Assembly (NCBI GenBank): GCA_965203295.1
Contig: CBDBCZ010000018.1
Coordinates: 576,001-640,000, forward strand
Direction: 5' to 3'
Source of the DNA: Nitrospirales bacterium
GTDB lineage: Bacteria; Nitrospirota; Nitrospiria; Nitrospirales; UBA8639
Length of the DNA stretch: 64,000 bases
The position numbers and the translations under genes were made by a program. Below are positions 61,597 through 64,000 of the stretch, in pieces (position 1 is the first letter of the stretch; each line of letters begins with the position of its first letter). Under the pieces are notes generated by a model, which worked only from the letters and a program-made list of their open reading frames with translations, was not told the origin of the DNA and did not search any database.

Positions 61597-61867
61597 GAAT
61601 TTGGTCAATCAAAAAACCAAAAAACCTAACGTTGAAACTTAGCAACATTAGAAAATTTGGTCAACAAAAAAAACAAAAAACCTCATGTTCAAACTTAGCA
61701 ACATTAGAAATTTTGGTTAACCAAAAAACCAAAAAACCTAATGTTCAAACATAGCAAAATTAGGAAATTTGGTCAAACAAAAAAACAAAAAACCTGATGT
61801 TCAAACTTAGCAACATTAGAAATTTTGGTTAACCAAAGAACCAAAAAACCTAATGTTCAAACTTAGC
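61597..61867 (+). repeat. Minisatellite, about five copies of a ~56-57-bp unit
   Basis: AATTTGGTYAAYCAAAAAACCAAAAAACCTAATGTTCAAACTTAGCAACATTAG repeated; the last copy is cut after ACTTAGC. Confidence 0.9.
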
Positions 61868-64000
61868 CACACAAAAAAAACTATTATGGGTCAATAACAA
61901 TCTTGGGAATGGAACCAACTAGAAAGCTGTCCCAATTCCAGTTAATTTAATTGTCCTGGCATGGGAGCAAAAGCAAGTTAGTGAATCAGAAAAACTTCAT
62001 TTGGTTTGTGAATCAGGAAGGCTTATTGGTGAAACAGAAAAGAGGTGAGTTTTATATGAGGGTTAAAATATTAGCAATGAGGAGTAACTACATAATATGT
62101 CACAGTATGTAGCTATGATATCTGCATGTTGGAGATATGTAGGCAATGAATTGAATTTTGTACACAATAAGCAGAGGTAGTAAATTTCATGTACACAAGA
62201 CAATGAGTGTGCTAGGAACAGGTTACTTACAGTCTTTCTTATTAATACGATCTTCTAATAGTTATTAAGTCTTTCCTCTATCCCAGACTGTTGGTAGAAA
62301 TGGAAGAAGAAAAGTATGTAGTTACACATGGGGAGAAAACAGTACGGATTAGGCCAAGCTTACTAACAACCGAGACACTAGGCTTAGCATTTAATCTGTT
62401 TCCAGACCGGATAATCCTTGAGAGTGACGATGGAACAATCGAACTCCCGAATAGAAAGTGTCAATTTGTTGATATTGACTCCAGCATCGTTTGGGTTTGC
62501 TCAGGTACTTCAATTTCACAGCCGCCTACTCAACCAGGCCCTAGTTCAATTAATTATGCCTATCAACAGCCCAAGCAAAAGAAGTTTAGCCCTGTCTTCA
62601 CCACTGAGTTGCTTTCAAAGAATAAACCCCCAGGTGTTGTTCGCCAAGAAACTTCCAAAAAGTCATGGAACAAAGTTGTTCAAATTTGCACCTGGGATGA
62701 TGCAAGCAGTTCCTGGACCAAGATTGAGAACCTGCCCATCCAGCTTACTGAAGAGACAGCTACAGTCCCCTACATCACTGACAGAGTGAGCCAGGATTCT
62801 TTTGGTGGAGCAGAGTGTGTCTTGGTAGATAAGGACTACCTTGCCATCCCAAACACATCTAGCACCAGAGGTAATTTAGACTGTGTGGGATTGTTTTTAG
62901 TTGTCACCTAAACATTGTTTTTGCGGTCTATACTATTATTTGTTTCACACATGTGGGGTAACATGAACAGCTGGCAATAACTTCTAGGCCCCCCAAGAGC
63001 TCTTCTAGCCACATAAATGTAAACATAATGTGGCTTTGTTCCCAGGCTCTACTGCGCCTATCTTCCAAGTCACATGCAGATGTAAACCATTCTCAAGTTT
63101 CCATGGGCACTACCTATACCCCAAAGATTTTATGCATGTATACATGTATAAGTACACATGCATTTCCATCTCAGTAGCTAGATTTACATCTGCATTATTT
63201 TTCCAGGGGCCAAGTATTGGAAGGGCGCCAAACGCATCAATGCCATTTTCAAAGAAGAATTTCAGAAGCGATGTAAGAAGTGCACTAGGCCTTCTGTAAC
63301 TTATATTTCGGATGATGATGATTTTGAGCCCTCATCTTCAAAAAGGCCAGCATTGTCAGTGAAATCGAGCACTGAAACACAATGTCGTTCTTCTGTAACA
63401 ACCGACCCTAAAATTGCTTCCCGAATATTGTCACTCGAGTACCGAATGGTAAAGGTCGAGTCTGAACTGTTCAAGCAACAATCGGAATTTGACAAAGAGA
63501 GAGCTGATCTAAATCAAGAGATTGATGACTTAAGGGACGAAAAGTTTGAACTAGAAGATAAACTTGATGATTCAAAGCTAGAGGTTCAACAGCTGAAGAA
63601 AAAAGTTGAACCACTTACAGTCCTCAGAAATGATTTTCGCTGTCTAGTCTGTTTACGTACGTGTGCCCTCCCGTGCATCAAAGCTCCATGTTGCGATATA
63701 ATCGTTGGATGTCAATCATGTATCAGTCGTTGGCTTGAAACGCGTTCTGTTTGCCCACACTGTCGTGCTAACTTAGCAGCAGCTGACTGTATAACCGTAC
63801 CGTACATCAAACAGCTAGCAGATGCTATAAAGGATGAACCCGTTTTCACTTCTGAGAGCACCGAATAAACAAATTTTGCCCAGAACGATTCGTATTTGCT
63901 GAACTCTGTTGGAATTTAATATTATGCATAGTCGTTTCTTCTTAATTCTTAGTAACTGGAAACATGATCTCTATATCAACATATTTGTTCTCTTGTTTAT
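61868..64000 (+). mobile_element. Probable left part of an EnSpm/CACTA-like element
   Basis: CACACAAAAAAAA terminus truncates the minisatellite mid-unit; short GTGAATCAG repeats follow; the other end is outside the window. Confidence 0.4.
62300..63868 (+). CDS. Two-exon coiled-coil + C-terminal RING-finger protein (410 aa), putative E3 ligase
   Basis: Exons 62300-62870 and 63207-63868 join in phase 1 (..NTSSTRG/AKYWKG..). RING ligands CLVC..PCCDIIVGCQSC..CPHC. Upstream acceptor at 62286 and donor at ~62044 suggest a 5' UTR exon. Confidence 0.85.

Noticed and set aside
61597..61867. Regular repeat array as a CRISPR
   Set aside because: No unique spacers, no cas genes, and a eukaryotic context.

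Overview
This is AT-rich, intron- and transposon-rich animal genomic DNA. A demosponge origin is an inference from the repeat families and gene content. The ORF track is mostly noise, so genes were rebuilt by hand from splice sites and reading-frame phases. There are six spliced genes. (1,2) Two recent minus-strand paralogs encode a secreted CUB-domain protein (366-10408, partial; 18778-25788), each with a TATA box and a 9-nt micro-exon at the signal-peptide cleavage site. (3) A longer, divergent member of the same CUB+LPGC family lies head-to-head on the plus strand (~30797-40533). (4,5) A tandem pair of genes with NF-kB-like promoter sites encodes a putative TRADD-N-like domain, a Death domain and a coiled coil (45022-49749; 53567-~59303). 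The first of these has captured six intact, in-phase, intron-containing exons for the split PH/C1 module of a Rho-kinase (ROCK)-type protein, which displaced its ancestral 3' exon. (6) A two-exon RING-finger gene (62300-63868) probably sits inside an EnSpm/CACTA-like element. The rest consists of MITEs (Tc2-, piggyBac- and Kolobok-like), LINE fragments, GCGAAGC-centred palindromes, microsatellites and a GGTTCA satellite. Domain calls come from motif recognition by eye, not database searches.
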